The notes under the pieces: generated by a model
Database searches by the model: none
Seen by the model: only the letters and a program-made list of their open reading frames with translations
What the model was told of the DNA's origin: nothing
Translations under genes and position numbers: made by a program
Shown: in pieces, positions 19,290-29,803 of the stretch
Position numbering within the stretch: position 1 is the stretch's first letter
How the letters are laid out: every line of letters starts with the position of its first letter
NCBI GenBank assembly: GCA_026129095.1
Contig: JAHCIT010000006.1
Span: 64,235-128,234 of the forward strand
Source: Deltaproteobacteria bacterium
GTDB lineage: Bacteria > JAGRBM01 > JAHCIT01
Reading direction: 5' to 3'
Length of the DNA: 64,000 nucleotides

Positions 19290-19835
19290 TCATTTCAGCC
19301 TGCGGCAGAACTCGCCGAAACCCAGGAGCATCTGCTCGAACCGCTCGCGGATCGATTCGTCGGCGATCGCCGTTCCGTCTGCGCTCAGTTTCGACTCCAC
19401 GGCCGGGAGCAGCACCCGCTTTCCGTAGATATGCGCTTCCCGGTACTGAAAGATCATTTCGAGCTGCTCGATGGGCCTGAGCGCGCCAAACCGCCCGGCA
19501 GCCACACCAATAAAGGCGGCCGGCTTCCCCACGAGACTGTCGGGGAACTTGAGAAGATCTATGAAATACTTGAGTGCGCCCGGAAACCCGCCGTTGTATT
19601 CGGGTGTCACGACGAGGATCCCATCCGTTTCCAGGATCATCTTCTGGAACGGCTGGAACTCCGCCGGCGGCTTGCCGTAATGCTCAGGAGAAAATATCCC
19701 GGCGGGAAGTTTTGCAAGATCCAGAAGCTGCGCGTCCACCTTGCTATCCCGGTAAAAGGCCATGCCGATACTGGCCACCTTCAGCGTGTTGGAGCCGGGC
19801 CGGTTCGTGCCGGAAAGGATCGTAATCATTGCCAA
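19290..19835 (-). CDS. NADPH-dependent FMN reductase family protein
   Basis: The flavodoxin-like N-terminus MAMITILSGTNRPGSNT is present. The ORF is 181 aa. Confidence 0.65.
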   Translation of the reverse strand: MAMITILSGTNRPGSNTLKVASIGMAFYRDSKVDAQLLDLAKLPAGIFSPEHYGKPPAEFQPFQKMILETDGILVVTPEYNGGFPGALKYFIDLLKFPDSLVGKPAAFIGVAAGRFGALRPIEQLEMIFQYREAHIYGKRVLLPAVESKLSADGTAIADESIRERFEQMLLGFGEFCRRLK

Positions 19836-19841
19836 CTCCCT

Positions 19842-20432
19842 TCAGGCCGCCCGCCGGGTGTCGATACCGCAGGTTCGCAGGAAATTGGCGATCAGCTTCT
19901 TCCCTTCCACGGTGAGTATCGACTCCGGATGAAACTGCACACCCTCGACCGGCAGCGACTTGTGCCGGAGCCCCATGATTTCGCCATCGTCAGTCCAGGC
20001 CGAGACCTCCAGAACCAGCGGAAGTGACGCCTTCTCCACGACGAGCGAATGGTAACGTGTCGCCTCAAACGGATTGGCAAGTCCGGCAAAGACGCCCTTC
20101 CCGTCGTGGTGGATCTGGCTGGTCTTGCCGTGCATGGGCAGCTTCGCCCGGATTACCTTCCCCCCGAACGCCTGCCCCATCGACTGGTGGCCGAGACATA
20201 CGCCGAGGATGGGGAGTTTCCCCGGCAGTTTACCGAACACGTCCAGGCTGATGCCTGCTTCGTCCGGGGTGCAGGGACCGGGGCTCACGACGATCCCTTT
20301 GGGAGCGAGTTTCTCGATCTCCTCCACGGTAATCCGGTCGTTACGAACCACCTTCACCTCGGCGCCCAGTTCCGCCAGATACTGGTAAAGGTTATACGTG
20401 AACGAATCGTAGTTATCGATCAGCAGGATCAT
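19842..20432 (-). CDS. trpG: Anthranilate/aminodeoxychorismate synthase glutamine amidotransferase component
   Basis: [14 protein letters not shown] is the N-terminal motif and GVCLGHQ is the catalytic Cys motif. The gene overlaps trpE by 4 nt. Confidence 0.85.
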   Translation of the reverse strand: MILLIDNYDSFTYNLYQYLAELGAEVKVVRNDRITVEEIEKLAPKGIVVSPGPCTPDEAGISLDVFGKLPGKLPILGVCLGHQSMGQAFGGKVIRAKLPMHGKTSQIHHDGKGVFAGLANPFEATRYHSLVVEKASLPLVLEVSAWTDDGEIMGLRHKSLPVEGVQFHPESILTVEGKKLIANFLRTCGIDTRRAA

Positions 20433-21937
20433 GGCTCAAACCCCTTTGCCGCCATTTCGAGGGCGCGCCGGAGCGCCGCGGCCTTGGCGACACATTCGTT
20501 GTGTTCCTTCTCAGGCACCGAGTCGGCCACGATGCCGGCGCCCGCCTGCCAGTAGACACGGCCATCCTGGAGAAAAAACGTCCGGATGGCGATGCAGAAG
20601 TCCATCTCCCCCGTCGGAGAGAAGTAGCCCACCGCACCGCCATACCAGCCGCGCCGGGACAGCTCCAGTTCATCGATGATCTCCATGGCCCGGATCTTCG
20701 GCGCACCCGACAGCGTCCCCGCCGGGAATGCGGCCTCCAGCACATCGAAGGCGTCCTTCGACGGATCGAGCCGGCCCGTCACGTTGGACACGATATGCAT
20801 GACGTGGCTGTACCGCTCGATCACCATCAGGTCGGTGACCTTCACGGTGCCCGGCGCCGAGACCCGGCCCGCATCGTTGCGGCCCAGATCCACCAGCATG
20901 ATGTGCTCGGCCCGCTCCTTGGGGTCGGCCAGCAGTTTCTCGGCGTTGGCGGCATCTTCTTCCGGCGTCTGGCCCCGCGGCAGCGTGCCCGCGATGGGCC
21001 GGACCGTCACCTCATCGCCGTCAAGTCGGACCAGTACTTCCGGCGAAGACCCCACGAGTGCGTAACCGTCAAACTCCATCAAAAACAGATAGGGAGAGGG
21101 ATTGATGGACCGGAGCGCACGGTAGAGCTGGAAGGGATCCACCTCGATATCCGACGTGAACCGTTGCGACAGCACCACCTGGAAGATGTCTCCGGCAGCG
21201 ATGTACTCCTTTGAGCGGCGGACGGCCTGCTCATATTGCGGCTGAGGTGTGTTTGACCTGACCGCCACCTCCCCGCCCGGAGCCTCCGGAAGTTCCGGCA
21301 GCGGCCCCTGGATGCGCGAAACCATCTCCATCAGCTCGCCGGCGGCATGGGCACGCGCCCGCTCCGGCGTCGGATGAAGGTCGAGATCGGCCACGGCAAT
21401 GAGCGTCATCGTGCGGGCGAGGTTGTCGAACACCACGACACGATTGGTGAATATGAACTCGAAGTCGTAGCCGCCCAGTTCGTCCGGCAGGTTGTCCGGA
21501 AGCTGTTCAAAATACCGGACCGAATCGTATCCAGCGTATCCGACCGCGCCGCCGAAAAATTTGGGCAGCCCAGGCACGAGGGCCATCGGGTTTTCCTTCA
21601 GCATCGCCCGGATGACATGAAGCGGATTACCCTCGACCCGGATCTCCTCGGACTGCCCGTCCCTGACGATTTCCACCCGCCGGTCCTTGCAGCGGACAAT
21701 CTCCCGCGCCCCGGTGCCAATGATCGAATAGCGGCCCCATCGCTCGCCGCCTTCGGCGCTCTCCAGCAGGAACGACGGCCGCCGGGAGGCCAGCTTACGA
21801 TAGACCGACAGCGGGGTATCGAGGTCCGCCAGCAGTTGGCGGTAAAGCGGTATCCGCCGGTACTGGCCCGAGCGGACCAGTTCCTCAAAAGGGCCGATAG
21901 GGGGTTCTATATGGTTCATGTCAACCTGGTGCCGCAC
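20429..21937 (-). CDS. trpE: Anthranilate synthase component I (TrpE/PabB family chorismate-binding enzyme)
   Basis: The 502-aa protein has chorismate-binding motifs (LVGSSPE, GGAVGY). It is translationally coupled to the downstream amidotransferase. Confidence 0.8.
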   Translation of the reverse strand: MRHQVDMNHIEPPIGPFEELVRSGQYRRIPLYRQLLADLDTPLSVYRKLASRRPSFLLESAEGGERWGRYSIIGTGAREIVRCKDRRVEIVRDGQSEEIRVEGNPLHVIRAMLKENPMALVPGLPKFFGGAVGYAGYDSVRYFEQLPDNLPDELGGYDFEFIFTNRVVVFDNLARTMTLIAVADLDLHPTPERARAHAAGELMEMVSRIQGPLPELPEAPGGEVAVRSNTPQPQYEQAVRRSKEYIAAGDIFQVVLSQRFTSDIEVDPFQLYRALRSINPSPYLFLMEFDGYALVGSSPEVLVRLDGDEVTVRPIAGTLPRGQTPEEDAANAEKLLADPKERAEHIMLVDLGRNDAGRVSAPGTVKVTDLMVIERYSHVMHIVSNVTGRLDPSKDAFDVLEAAFPAGTLSGAPKIRAMEIIDELELSRRGWYGGAVGYFSPTGEMDFCIAIRTFFLQDGRVYWQAGAGIVADSVPEKEHNECVAKAAALRRALEMAAKGFEP

Positions 21938-22070
21938 CGTGGCGGCTGTTCACAGTATACAGAAGCCAAGCCGGAAAACCGGGCCTGGAATTACGATATC
22001 GGAAAACAGACGCGTTGAAACTCAGGCCCGGACGGGCCACCAGCGGAAGGAACGGATGACGGCAGGTATT

Positions 22071-22631
22071 TCAGCCATTCTTTGGCAAGTCTAGGTGGTA
22101 CCGGCCGATTTCGTCAATCAGCTTGCGAATCCCTGCGTGCGCCTCGGCAGAGCGGCCAGCGGCCAGATCGCTTTCGGCCTTGGCAGCCAGATCGCGGATC
22201 GCCTTCAGGTTTTCCCGCTCCCGGTCAATCACGTCATTCACAAGCAGCGACAGTTCGCCAAAATGGTCCCCCGGCCGGCCGCTGAACCGGGCGGTGAGAT
22301 CCTTTTCCGTTACGCGCTTCAGCGTGTTCTTGAGACCGGTCACCGGACCGAAAATCCGGTGGCTGCCGATCACCGACATCAGCCCCACGAGAGCGAACGG
22401 CAGAAGAAGCCACGGCCACTTGTCGGCGTGATAGAAGAAAAACTGGTTCGTCGCCCGCTGGGCTTCCGACAGATGCCAGCCCGGGCCGGGCTTGTAGATG
22501 GGCAATAGCGCCCCCACGAAAAAGACGATGCAGTACAGCCAGGCACGGATCATGAACACGACCTGCTCGTACGGCTCGATAAACATGTGACGGCGCTTCA
22601 CGAAAGTGCGCTCTTCGCTCACGTCCGGCAT
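22071..22631 (-). CDS. Membrane protein with HAMP-like linker
   Basis: Two N-terminal TM helices are followed by NTLKRVTEKDLTARFSGRPGDHFGELSLLVNDVIDRE, which resembles a HAMP segment. Confidence 0.45.
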   Translation of the reverse strand: MPDVSEERTFVKRRHMFIEPYEQVVFMIRAWLYCIVFFVGALLPIYKPGPGWHLSEAQRATNQFFFYHADKWPWLLLPFALVGLMSVIGSHRIFGPVTGLKNTLKRVTEKDLTARFSGRPGDHFGELSLLVNDVIDRERENLKAIRDLAAKAESDLAAGRSAEAHAGIRKLIDEIGRYHLDLPKNG

Positions 22632-23162
22632 CCTCCCCCGATCAAACAGCTTGCTGACTTCTTATACCCGCCCGGAACCAAAGGGTAAACCGCCCCTCCC
22701 ACTTGCCGTTTCTGGCGGATCGTCCATGCTTGGGCTGCTTCAGCCGGAACGGCGCGAAACTCGGGGCGAATACCGCCTGCGGGCCGCCCGGCTGGCAGAT
22801 GGTCTGCCGCCCGGACCGTGCATGCAGGGCAGGGAGCCAGCAAGTGGCCGTACCAAGGTGCGGTGACTTCCCAGCGTTTCTCCCGTCCTCCCCCGAACCG
22901 GCCCCGCCGTTCGAGCAGCTTCCCCATTTCATCGTGAATCCCGGCCCTATTGCGCGCCTTATGTGTTTCCGCGCGGCGCCCGGAAGTTCCCAGCGGCCCC
23001 TATGCTTCCGGGCAGGTGGAGAGACCGGCATGTAGAACTGCTTTCCTGCGTCCACAGCGTTGCCGAAAATCCATTCCACCATTAGCCGCCCCGTCTTGAG
23101 CAGGACGGCCCAGCCAGGACGCCTGGAGCGTCCTGCACTACCAGCCAGGTTCAAAGAACCAC

Positions 23163-23825
23163 ATGATGCACCCACATACGGAGCTTCGCTTCATCAACGA
23201 CCAGATCGGTTACGGCGTGTTCGCCACCCGCCGGCTTCCGCGCGGAACCATCACCTGGGCCCTGTGCGAACTGGACCGCATTTACCGGCCCGGTGAAACG
23301 CACTTCCTCCGGCCCTCAACACTGGCCATCCTGGACCGCTATGCCTATGCAGACCCCGATGCCAACACGATCCTCTGCTGGGATCACGCCCGGTACCTGA
23401 ATCACCACTGTGAGCCGAATACACGGGGCCTCGGCCACGATCTCGACTTTGCCGTGCGCGATATCGAGGCCGGCGAGCAGATCACCTGCGAATACGGCGT
23501 GCTCAACATCGTCGATTCGATGGCCTGCCAGTGCGGCGCTGCCCGCTGCCGGGGCGCGGTTCACCATGATGACGTGATCCGTTACGGAGCCGAGTGGGAT
23601 GCGATCGTACAGGAGGCTTTCCCGCTTGTCCCGAAGGTGGAACAGCCGCTCGTCCCCTTTATCCGCAACCGGCAGAGCGTTGAGGCGATGCTGGCAGGGC
23701 GCGAACCGGTTCCACCATTCCGGAGTGCCTACGTCCCGGCCGAACGCCTGGAGTTCGGCCAGATACCCGCTGGCGGGATGGTGCAGCCGGATACCCGGGT
23801 CAAGATCGAAGCTGCGGGGATGTGA
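23163..23825 (+). CDS. SET domain protein (putative protein-lysine methyltransferase)
   Basis: ARYLNHHCEPN matches the NHSC-x-PN SET motif and EQITCEYG matches the ELTxDYG motif. A post-SET-like Cys cluster CQCGAARC follows. Confidence 0.65.
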   Translation: MMHPHTELRFINDQIGYGVFATRRLPRGTITWALCELDRIYRPGETHFLRPSTLAILDRYAYADPDANTILCWDHARYLNHHCEPNTRGLGHDLDFAVRDIEAGEQITCEYGVLNIVDSMACQCGAARCRGAVHHDDVIRYGAEWDAIVQEAFPLVPKVEQPLVPFIRNRQSVEAMLAGREPVPPFRSAYVPAERLEFGQIPAGGMVQPDTRVKIEAAGM

Positions 23826-23846
23826 GAGCGTACGCGGCAGGGTTTT

Positions 23847-26800
23847 CTAGTCGGCGGTTAGCAGCAGTTCCGTCGGCACGGTGACAGGTCCCGCGGGTAC
23901 GGGGGCCGCGTCTGCCTGAGCATCCGGCGGGGCATCTGACACCTCGACCTCGCGGACAAAAACGCGGGTCGGGTCAATACCGCCGCCCTCGATCAGCCCC
24001 GCCTGAACCCTGCTGGCCCGTACCTGAGCCAGTTCCCGAAGGGCGGGCATATCGACAGTTTGGGCCGCAATGAGCCTGGCGCGGATCGCTTCCGTCACCA
24101 GCGCCAAACCGTCCGCGGAGCTTTCCTTCGGAAAGTCCGGAGAAGCGCGTTCTGCCTTCAGCCGGTCATACACCTGCCGCGGACTTTCACGGAAGGTTTC
24201 CTGGTAAGCTTTCCGGAGCAGCCGGGCCTCATCGGTTTCCGTCAGGATGATCGCATTGGGGTCGGGCACGACACCTCCCCGGCCCTTGATCTCGTCCGCA
24301 CGGTCAGCCCGGAGCCGGCCCAGCAGCTTCTGCTCCTTGAGCGGCCCGGTATCGTCACGGACGCTGGCCCTCCCCTTCACCTCGATCCGGAGCACCGGCC
24401 GCGCATCTAGCAGTTTGGCAATGGAAGGGAACTTGCCTTGCTCCTCCGGCGAAATATCAAGACGGCCCGCCGGGAAATCCACATGACCAAGCTGGTCTCC
24501 GCCGGCGCCAACAATAAGGCTGGCGAGCGCAGTGAACGGAGCCGAGGCCACTTTCTCCAATAGCGTCTTGAGAGCGGCCCAGATCACCCGGCCGTACCGG
24601 AAATCCGGATCGTCGAGATCTCCCCGCACCGGCAGGTCAATGTTGATTTTCCCCTCCCGGTCCTTGAGGATCGCCACCGCGAGCTTTACCGGCAATGATG
24701 TGGCATCGGGGCTGTTGGTCTTTTCGCCGAAGGTGAACTGGTCGATCATCACCTTGTTTTCACCCACCAGCTTCCGCTGGTTGAGGCGGTAGCGGAGATC
24801 AAGATATATCTTCCCCTTGTCGATCAGGTACCCGGCATACTTGGACGAGTAAGGCGTGAACGACGAAACCTCGATACCTTGGAAACTGAGCGTGACATCG
24901 GTGTAGGCGTTGCTGCTGAGGGGGTTGATCTGCCCGGAAATCAGCACTGGCGCGTAGCGGTCCACCTTTCCCCGGATATCCACATTCGCGCGGCCGGTGT
25001 TGCTGGACGACAGCCCCTTGATCGCCCCGTTGAGCGCATAAATCCCGGCCGTAAAGCCGGGTTCCAGCGAGTAGTCCGAAAAATTCGCCGAGCCATCCAC
25101 GAACCTTACTGTCCGGATGGACGCCTTCACCGGAGGCTGAGCCGGCCCCACCTTCGTGCTGGCTGGCGCGGCCGGAGAAGCATCAGCTTCCTTCACGATT
25201 CCCGTCAGATTGGTTGTCTGGTCTTTCCGGATGACCACCCGGCTGTACAGCTTTTCCCATACGATCTCGTCAATCTTCACCGACAGGGGTTCGGTTGCGA
25301 CATCCATGCCGTTGAACCGAAGCGCGTCCCATCGGACGAGATCCTCCTGCGCCCGGGTATCCACGGCCCGCAGTCCCGCCACAGATACCGTCCCCGCATA
25401 TTGCGCCGATGTCTTGCCGCCCTTTTCGGCGGCGAGCGCCGCGAGTTTCACCTGCCCTGAAGCGTTCAGCAGCCCCGCCTTCAACTGGAGATTCAGATGC
25501 GGGTCGAGATACGGCTGGAGTGGCGGCAGCGGAAAACCGGCGAGACTGATCTCCTGAGAGACCGACAGGGGTTTCAGGCCCACGTTCCCACGGGTTTCAA
25601 ACGACCCGGTTTCTCCGGTTTTCAGCGACAGGGAAAGCCCGAACTCTTTCTCCAGCGGAAACCCGACTCCATCCATTTGCAATTTAATGGAGTTGAACCC
25701 GATCGTCGCGGGAACCGGTGTCGTCCGGTCTTCAAAAGCAATGGCATAGTCATCCAGACGGAGTGCATCGAGTGTAACCTTCCAGGTTTTTCCGGATGGC
25801 GCATCCTTCGCCGCCGGCGGGGGCGATGCCTCATCCGACGGCTTGGTCCCATCGTCCACCGGAGCGAACATCCGGGTGAGATTGATTCCGCCGCCCGGTT
25901 CGCGGATAACACTGATTCTGGCGCTGCCGGATTCGATTACCGGGATCCGGATGGTCCGGGCATCAAGCATCAGGTCCATGTTTCGGACCTGAAAGTCCGG
26001 AACCTCGATAACCGGCGCTTCCGTTCCCTTTTCACTGATAATGAGACCAGTGACGCCAATTCCAGCGCCCGTCAGGCGTAGACCGCGGCTTCGGTCCCAT
26101 CCGTAATTCGAGCTGACCGTAAGATTTCCTGACCGGACCTCAAATCCCGTCTGGTCCCGCATATATTCCCACAAGGGGCGCAACTGGATACCACCAAGCG
26201 TAAACCGTCCCTCGGAACCCAACGGGTCCAGATGGAAAGAACCCTCCCAGTCGATCTTCTCGCCCCGTGTGGTTTCCGCTGAAAACGAATAGAGGCTGCC
26301 TTCCCGGGGGCGGGTGCTGAACTCCCGGACGGTGAACTGGACGGGACCGAACTCGGCCGTAGCGTCGCGGCCATGCGACTGGTCGCGGAAAATGAACTTG
26401 CCGTCCTGGATATCAAGAAGCTGGACCCGCACCGCCGGCAGGTTCTGTTTCTCACCCGTACTCTCCACTGCCGGCTTTTCGGCACCGTCTTGATCGAGCA
26501 GATCAGAAAAATTGTATTTCCCGTCGGCGAGCACATGTGCGCGGCCATAGGGAGAAACCAGCCTGATCTCCCGGAACGTATACGCCCGGTAAAAAAGGGA
26601 CGACAGCTCGAAATCCACGAAAAACTGGCCGAACGAAGCGAATGTCTCCCCGTCCGGATCCTTGAGGTCGAAGCCGTTGATGGTCAGGGCCAGCAGCAGC
26701 GGGTTGAACTTCACCTGCTGGACAGTGGCCTCGCGGCGGGTCTGTTCGCGGAGCGTGCCGATGATCTGCCCCTTGATGATCCCCGGCAGCACGAAAAAGC

Positions 26801-26891
26801 CGGTCAGCAGATAAACCGCTGCCATGATTCCGGCAGCAATGCCGGCCTTACGGACACGTGGGGTTTTCAGAAAGACCGGAATATCCGTCAC
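23847..26891 (-). CDS. Large AsmA/DUF748-like membrane-anchored protein
   Basis: The 1014-aa protein has an N-terminal TM segment (AGIMAAVYLLTGFFVLPGI) and a long beta-rich body typical of the AsmA-like/DUF748 family. Confidence 0.5.
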   Translation of the reverse strand: MTDIPVFLKTPRVRKAGIAAGIMAAVYLLTGFFVLPGIIKGQIIGTLREQTRREATVQQVKFNPLLLALTINGFDLKDPDGETFASFGQFFVDFELSSLFYRAYTFREIRLVSPYGRAHVLADGKYNFSDLLDQDGAEKPAVESTGEKQNLPAVRVQLLDIQDGKFIFRDQSHGRDATAEFGPVQFTVREFSTRPREGSLYSFSAETTRGEKIDWEGSFHLDPLGSEGRFTLGGIQLRPLWEYMRDQTGFEVRSGNLTVSSNYGWDRSRGLRLTGAGIGVTGLIISEKGTEAPVIEVPDFQVRNMDLMLDARTIRIPVIESGSARISVIREPGGGINLTRMFAPVDDGTKPSDEASPPPAAKDAPSGKTWKVTLDALRLDDYAIAFEDRTTPVPATIGFNSIKLQMDGVGFPLEKEFGLSLSLKTGETGSFETRGNVGLKPLSVSQEISLAGFPLPPLQPYLDPHLNLQLKAGLLNASGQVKLAALAAEKGGKTSAQYAGTVSVAGLRAVDTRAQEDLVRWDALRFNGMDVATEPLSVKIDEIVWEKLYSRVVIRKDQTTNLTGIVKEADASPAAPASTKVGPAQPPVKASIRTVRFVDGSANFSDYSLEPGFTAGIYALNGAIKGLSSSNTGRANVDIRGKVDRYAPVLISGQINPLSSNAYTDVTLSFQGIEVSSFTPYSSKYAGYLIDKGKIYLDLRYRLNQRKLVGENKVMIDQFTFGEKTNSPDATSLPVKLAVAILKDREGKINIDLPVRGDLDDPDFRYGRVIWAALKTLLEKVASAPFTALASLIVGAGGDQLGHVDFPAGRLDISPEEQGKFPSIAKLLDARPVLRIEVKGRASVRDDTGPLKEQKLLGRLRADRADEIKGRGGVVPDPNAIILTETDEARLLRKAYQETFRESPRQVYDRLKAERASPDFPKESSADGLALVTEAIRARLIAAQTVDMPALRELAQVRASRVQAGLIEGGGIDPTRVFVREVEVSDAPPDAQADAAPVPAGPVTVPTELLLTAD

Positions 26892-27024
26892 AGAGAAGCG
26901 TTCCTGTCGGCCCGGAAACTCATATGACCATGTTTCAAGGGCTCCAGAGACCTAGCTGTTCGTTTTGACCCGGCGCAACACGAGCCCGAAACCCGCCCCC
27001 CTACCGGAATGGGGGCAATACTTC

Positions 27025-27081
27025 CATGGTGCCCCCGGACGGAATCGAACCGTCACGGCCGTGAAGCCAGCGGTTTTTGAG
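27025..27081. repeat. 57-bp direct repeat of the 3' portion of tRNA-Leu(CAA); putative distal attachment site of the island
   Basis: The sequence atggtgcccccggacggaatcgaaccgtcacggccgtgaagccagcggtttttgag is identical to 55824-55880. Confidence 0.85.
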
Positions 27082-27163
27082 GGTGACGCCTGGCCTGGTA
27101 ACAAAGACGATAACGGGGAAGAAGAGGAATGATTGCGGCGGATAGTGCGGGATCGTTCTGCCA

Positions 27164-27670
27164 GTGGATGCCGATGAAAACCGGTACTTTCAGCTGGTCT
27201 GGGCACAAGTTGGGCACATCGAAACAGGCAGGGCCAGATCGCTGGTCTCCGCGCAAAAAGAACCGCTTTACCTCGCCAAGTATATTGAACGGATGGGCAC
27301 CGGCACCGGAGACATGATTCGGCGTTGCCGGGAGGCCGGATTCCCCGAACCGGAATTCACCATCCGGGACGGGTTCGTGACGATCATTCGGCGCAGGACC
27401 GGACAAGTCACCGGACAAGTTGATCCATGGGTGGAAAGGGTTCTCGAAGCCTGTGCAGTGAAGTCGCTTTCGAGCAAACAGATACAGGAAATCAGCGGCA
27501 TCAGGCACCGGGAGTCGTTCCAGCGGAACTACCTGGACCACCTGCTGAACGAAGGCTGGCTCGAACGTACCATTCCCGATAAACCCAACAGCTCGCGGCA
27601 GCAATACCGCCTGACAGGAAAAGGGTCCGCTCTGCTGGCAATGTTGCGGGAGAAAAACCGGAGAGAGTGA
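27164..27670 (+). pseudogene. C-terminal fragment of an HATPase_c_4/wHTH (Schlafen-AlbA-associated divergent ATPase) transcriptional-regulator-like gene
   Basis: LYLAKYIERMGTGTGDMIRRCREAGFPEPEFTIRDGFVTI is typical of the C-terminal ~150 aa of ~480-aa proteins of this family. The ORF starts immediately inside the island boundary and lacks the N-terminal domains. Confidence 0.45.
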
Positions 27671-27891
27671 TTGTTTCCTCCACGCGATGATGATGACGAT
27701 GGCGATGCTGATGAGCAAGCTCGTGGCGTGGGTTCGGCCTCGAACGAGCATGTGTGAGCATTCCTTTTCTAGCAGATCAAGAAAATACCCATAGCATCGT
27801 TCCGCCAGTATCCGGGGCTCTGGCTGCAAGTTGGCTGCATGATTCTGTGTGATGGCTGGCTCTGGCGTGTCCGGAGTTATATAGAATTCGG

Positions 27892-29025
27892 ATGACCGGC
27901 GGTTTTCTCCATCCGGCGGACCTCAAACGCCACCTGCTCAACCCCGACAAGTTCGTGCGGGAATGGGCCTCGATTTATTTCGGCAGTGCATTGATCCAAG
28001 ACACCGACCTGCCTGTTCTCATCATGGAGGCAGTCGAAAGATACGGCGAACTCAACAGTTTCTTCAGCTTGGCCAAACTGGATGTGTTCCCTCAGACGGA
28101 ACGGTCGGTTTCCATGATCCTCTCGCGGCTGGAAAAGGTCCGCCGGCAGGAAACCGCCGAATGCCTGAACCGGGCGCTCGCACTGATGCCGCTCGATCTC
28201 GTGCCGGTCTTCGAGAGCCGCATGAAAGCCGTCCCTGCCCTGCATCCAATGACTCATGAAAGGATCGCACGGCGGCGGGAATACAGATCCCGCAGGCCGC
28301 CGGAACTTTTCGACGAGCTTCTGTCGGTCTCGCTGAAATACGAAGGGAAACCCGTCCCGCCCCCCGAATTTGCCAGAACCGACGATCTGATTGAAGCGAT
28401 TGCCGCCCAGGACTGGCCGCCGTCCGGGAAACTGGTCGAGATGCTCCGGGAGCCGGATTACCAGGGGAGATGGGCCGAATACTTCATTGTGAAACTCTGC
28501 GGAACAGTCAGGAGCGAGCTGGCGGTGCCGCTCATCGTCGCGCAGCTGGCGTCAGATGATGATTTCCTTCCGGATGCCGCGCAGGAGAGCCTGTACCGGA
28601 TTGGGTATCCCGGAACTCCCGGCCTCATCCGGTCCCTCTGGCATAAACTTCCGGATGAACTCTCCCGTATGATGTCCGCATACACTTTCGCCGGTTTCAA
28701 ATCGCCCGCCTCGGCGGCAGCGGTCCTTGAACTGCTGGAACTGGAGGATGACCCCAGCCTGAGAACCATTCTGCTCGACTCGCTCGCCTATCTCGGTTCG
28801 GACAGGGCGGTGGCTATCGGTTGCGAGGAACTGGATGACCTTGACGAAGCCGTTACCGGAGACCTCATCCTGGCACTCTATGGAGCCGCAAAAATCCGCG
28901 GACTTGAAGTTCCCGAAGCGGCTGCATGGAAGAACGAACTGGAAGAGAACAACCGTCGCTTCAACAAGGAGGTGTTCGGCGTCGGCCCCGGTTCAGACCG
29001 GCCCCTGAGAAAACTGCCATTTTAG
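27892..29025 (+). CDS. Hypothetical alpha-helical (HEAT/ARM-like) repeat protein
   Basis: The 377-aa protein has a repetitive leucine-rich helical composition. No catalytic motif was recognised. Confidence 0.4.
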   Translation: MTGGFLHPADLKRHLLNPDKFVREWASIYFGSALIQDTDLPVLIMEAVERYGELNSFFSLAKLDVFPQTERSVSMILSRLEKVRRQETAECLNRALALMPLDLVPVFESRMKAVPALHPMTHERIARRREYRSRRPPELFDELLSVSLKYEGKPVPPPEFARTDDLIEAIAAQDWPPSGKLVEMLREPDYQGRWAEYFIVKLCGTVRSELAVPLIVAQLASDDDFLPDAAQESLYRIGYPGTPGLIRSLWHKLPDELSRMMSAYTFAGFKSPASAAAVLELLELEDDPSLRTILLDSLAYLGSDRAVAIGCEELDDLDEAVTGDLILALYGAAKIRGLEVPEAAAWKNELEENNRRFNKEVFGVGPGSDRPLRKLPF

Positions 29026-29111
29026 CGAAACCACAACGGCCGTTGTCTAATCAATATGGTATACAATTTAGATACGACATTTATAATTTGAGGTATAGCA
29101 ATACTTTTATC

Positions 29112-29139
29112 TTGACTCTTCCGTACCCATGCATATACT
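29112..29139 (+). promoter_or_regulatory. Sigma70-like promoter of the Type I RM operon (TTGACT-16-TATACT)
   Basis: It sits in an AT-rich 90-bp intergenic stretch at 29040-29130, with -35 at 29112-29117 and -10 at 29134-29139. Confidence 0.4.
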
Positions 29140-29191
29140 TGTGGCTATGGAAGCGTCACAACCCACCCATTTTCACCTCCAAAAAACGGCT

Positions 29192-29803
29192 AAAATGGCC
29201 GTTTGGCGGTCTTTGGGCGAGGTTGCCGAGATCATCGCCGGTCACCCGCTCTACCGGTTCGAGGGCGACACAGGACCTGCGATCCCGATTATCAATATCC
29301 GCGACCTGGAACACGCCGCCGATCTGACTCACTTCCTGGAAACGGCCGCCATCTCCGATCCGGCCAGATTCGGGCGTGCCCGGATTCTTCCCGACGATGT
29401 GATTGTGACGGCGAGAGGGACGCAGCTCCGGTCGGTTCTGGCCCCGGCCCGCTGGCAGGGCGCGGTCGCCTCATCGAACCTCATGCTCATCCGGCCGAAG
29501 CCGGAGATACTACTCCCGGAACTGCTGTCGGTATTTCTCCAGTCGCCCGCCGGGGTGAAAGCGTTCGAGCAGCGCCGGACCGGCACTCAGTTACTCAAGC
29601 TCACCCTTCGGGATCTGGCCGAAATCGAAGTGCCGGTGCCGCCGCTTTCCGAACAGCGCCAGCTCGCGGACCTGCTCCGCTCTGCCCAGGACTATTACGT
29701 CAACGCCCGCTACGCCGCCGAGATGCGTCTGATGGCGGCGCGCCAGATCGTGTCGGAACGGATTCTGCCCCCGCGCAAGCCCGCCACTGGAGACCCTGAA
29801 TGA
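29192..29803 (+). CDS. hsdS: Half-size Type I restriction-modification specificity subunit (single target-recognition domain HsdS); the ORF is listed from 29129 but the start at 29192 (MAVWRSLGEV) is likely
   Basis: The C-terminal conserved region VPVPPLSEQRQLADLL parallels the LPPLPEQKRIA and LPIPPIDEQRQI motifs of the full HsdS downstream. The stop overlaps the hsdM start. Confidence 0.6.
   Translation, partial: KMAVWRSLGEVAEIIAGHPLYRFEGDTGPAIPIINIRDLEHAADLTHFLETAAISDPARFGRARILPDDVIVTARGTQLRSVLAPARWQGAVASSNLMLIRPKPEILLPELLSVFLQSPAGVKAFEQRRTGTQLLKLTLRDLAEIEVPVPPLSEQRQLADLLRSAQDYYVNARYAAEMRLMAARQIVSERILPPRKPATGDPE

Noticed and set aside
22642-23175. A 177-aa minus ORF and a 110-aa + ORF in the 530-bp gap between the HAMP-like gene and the SET gene
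   Set aside because: Their composition is Arg/Gly/Pro-rich and they overlap each other with no motifs. More likely this is a divergent promoter region.
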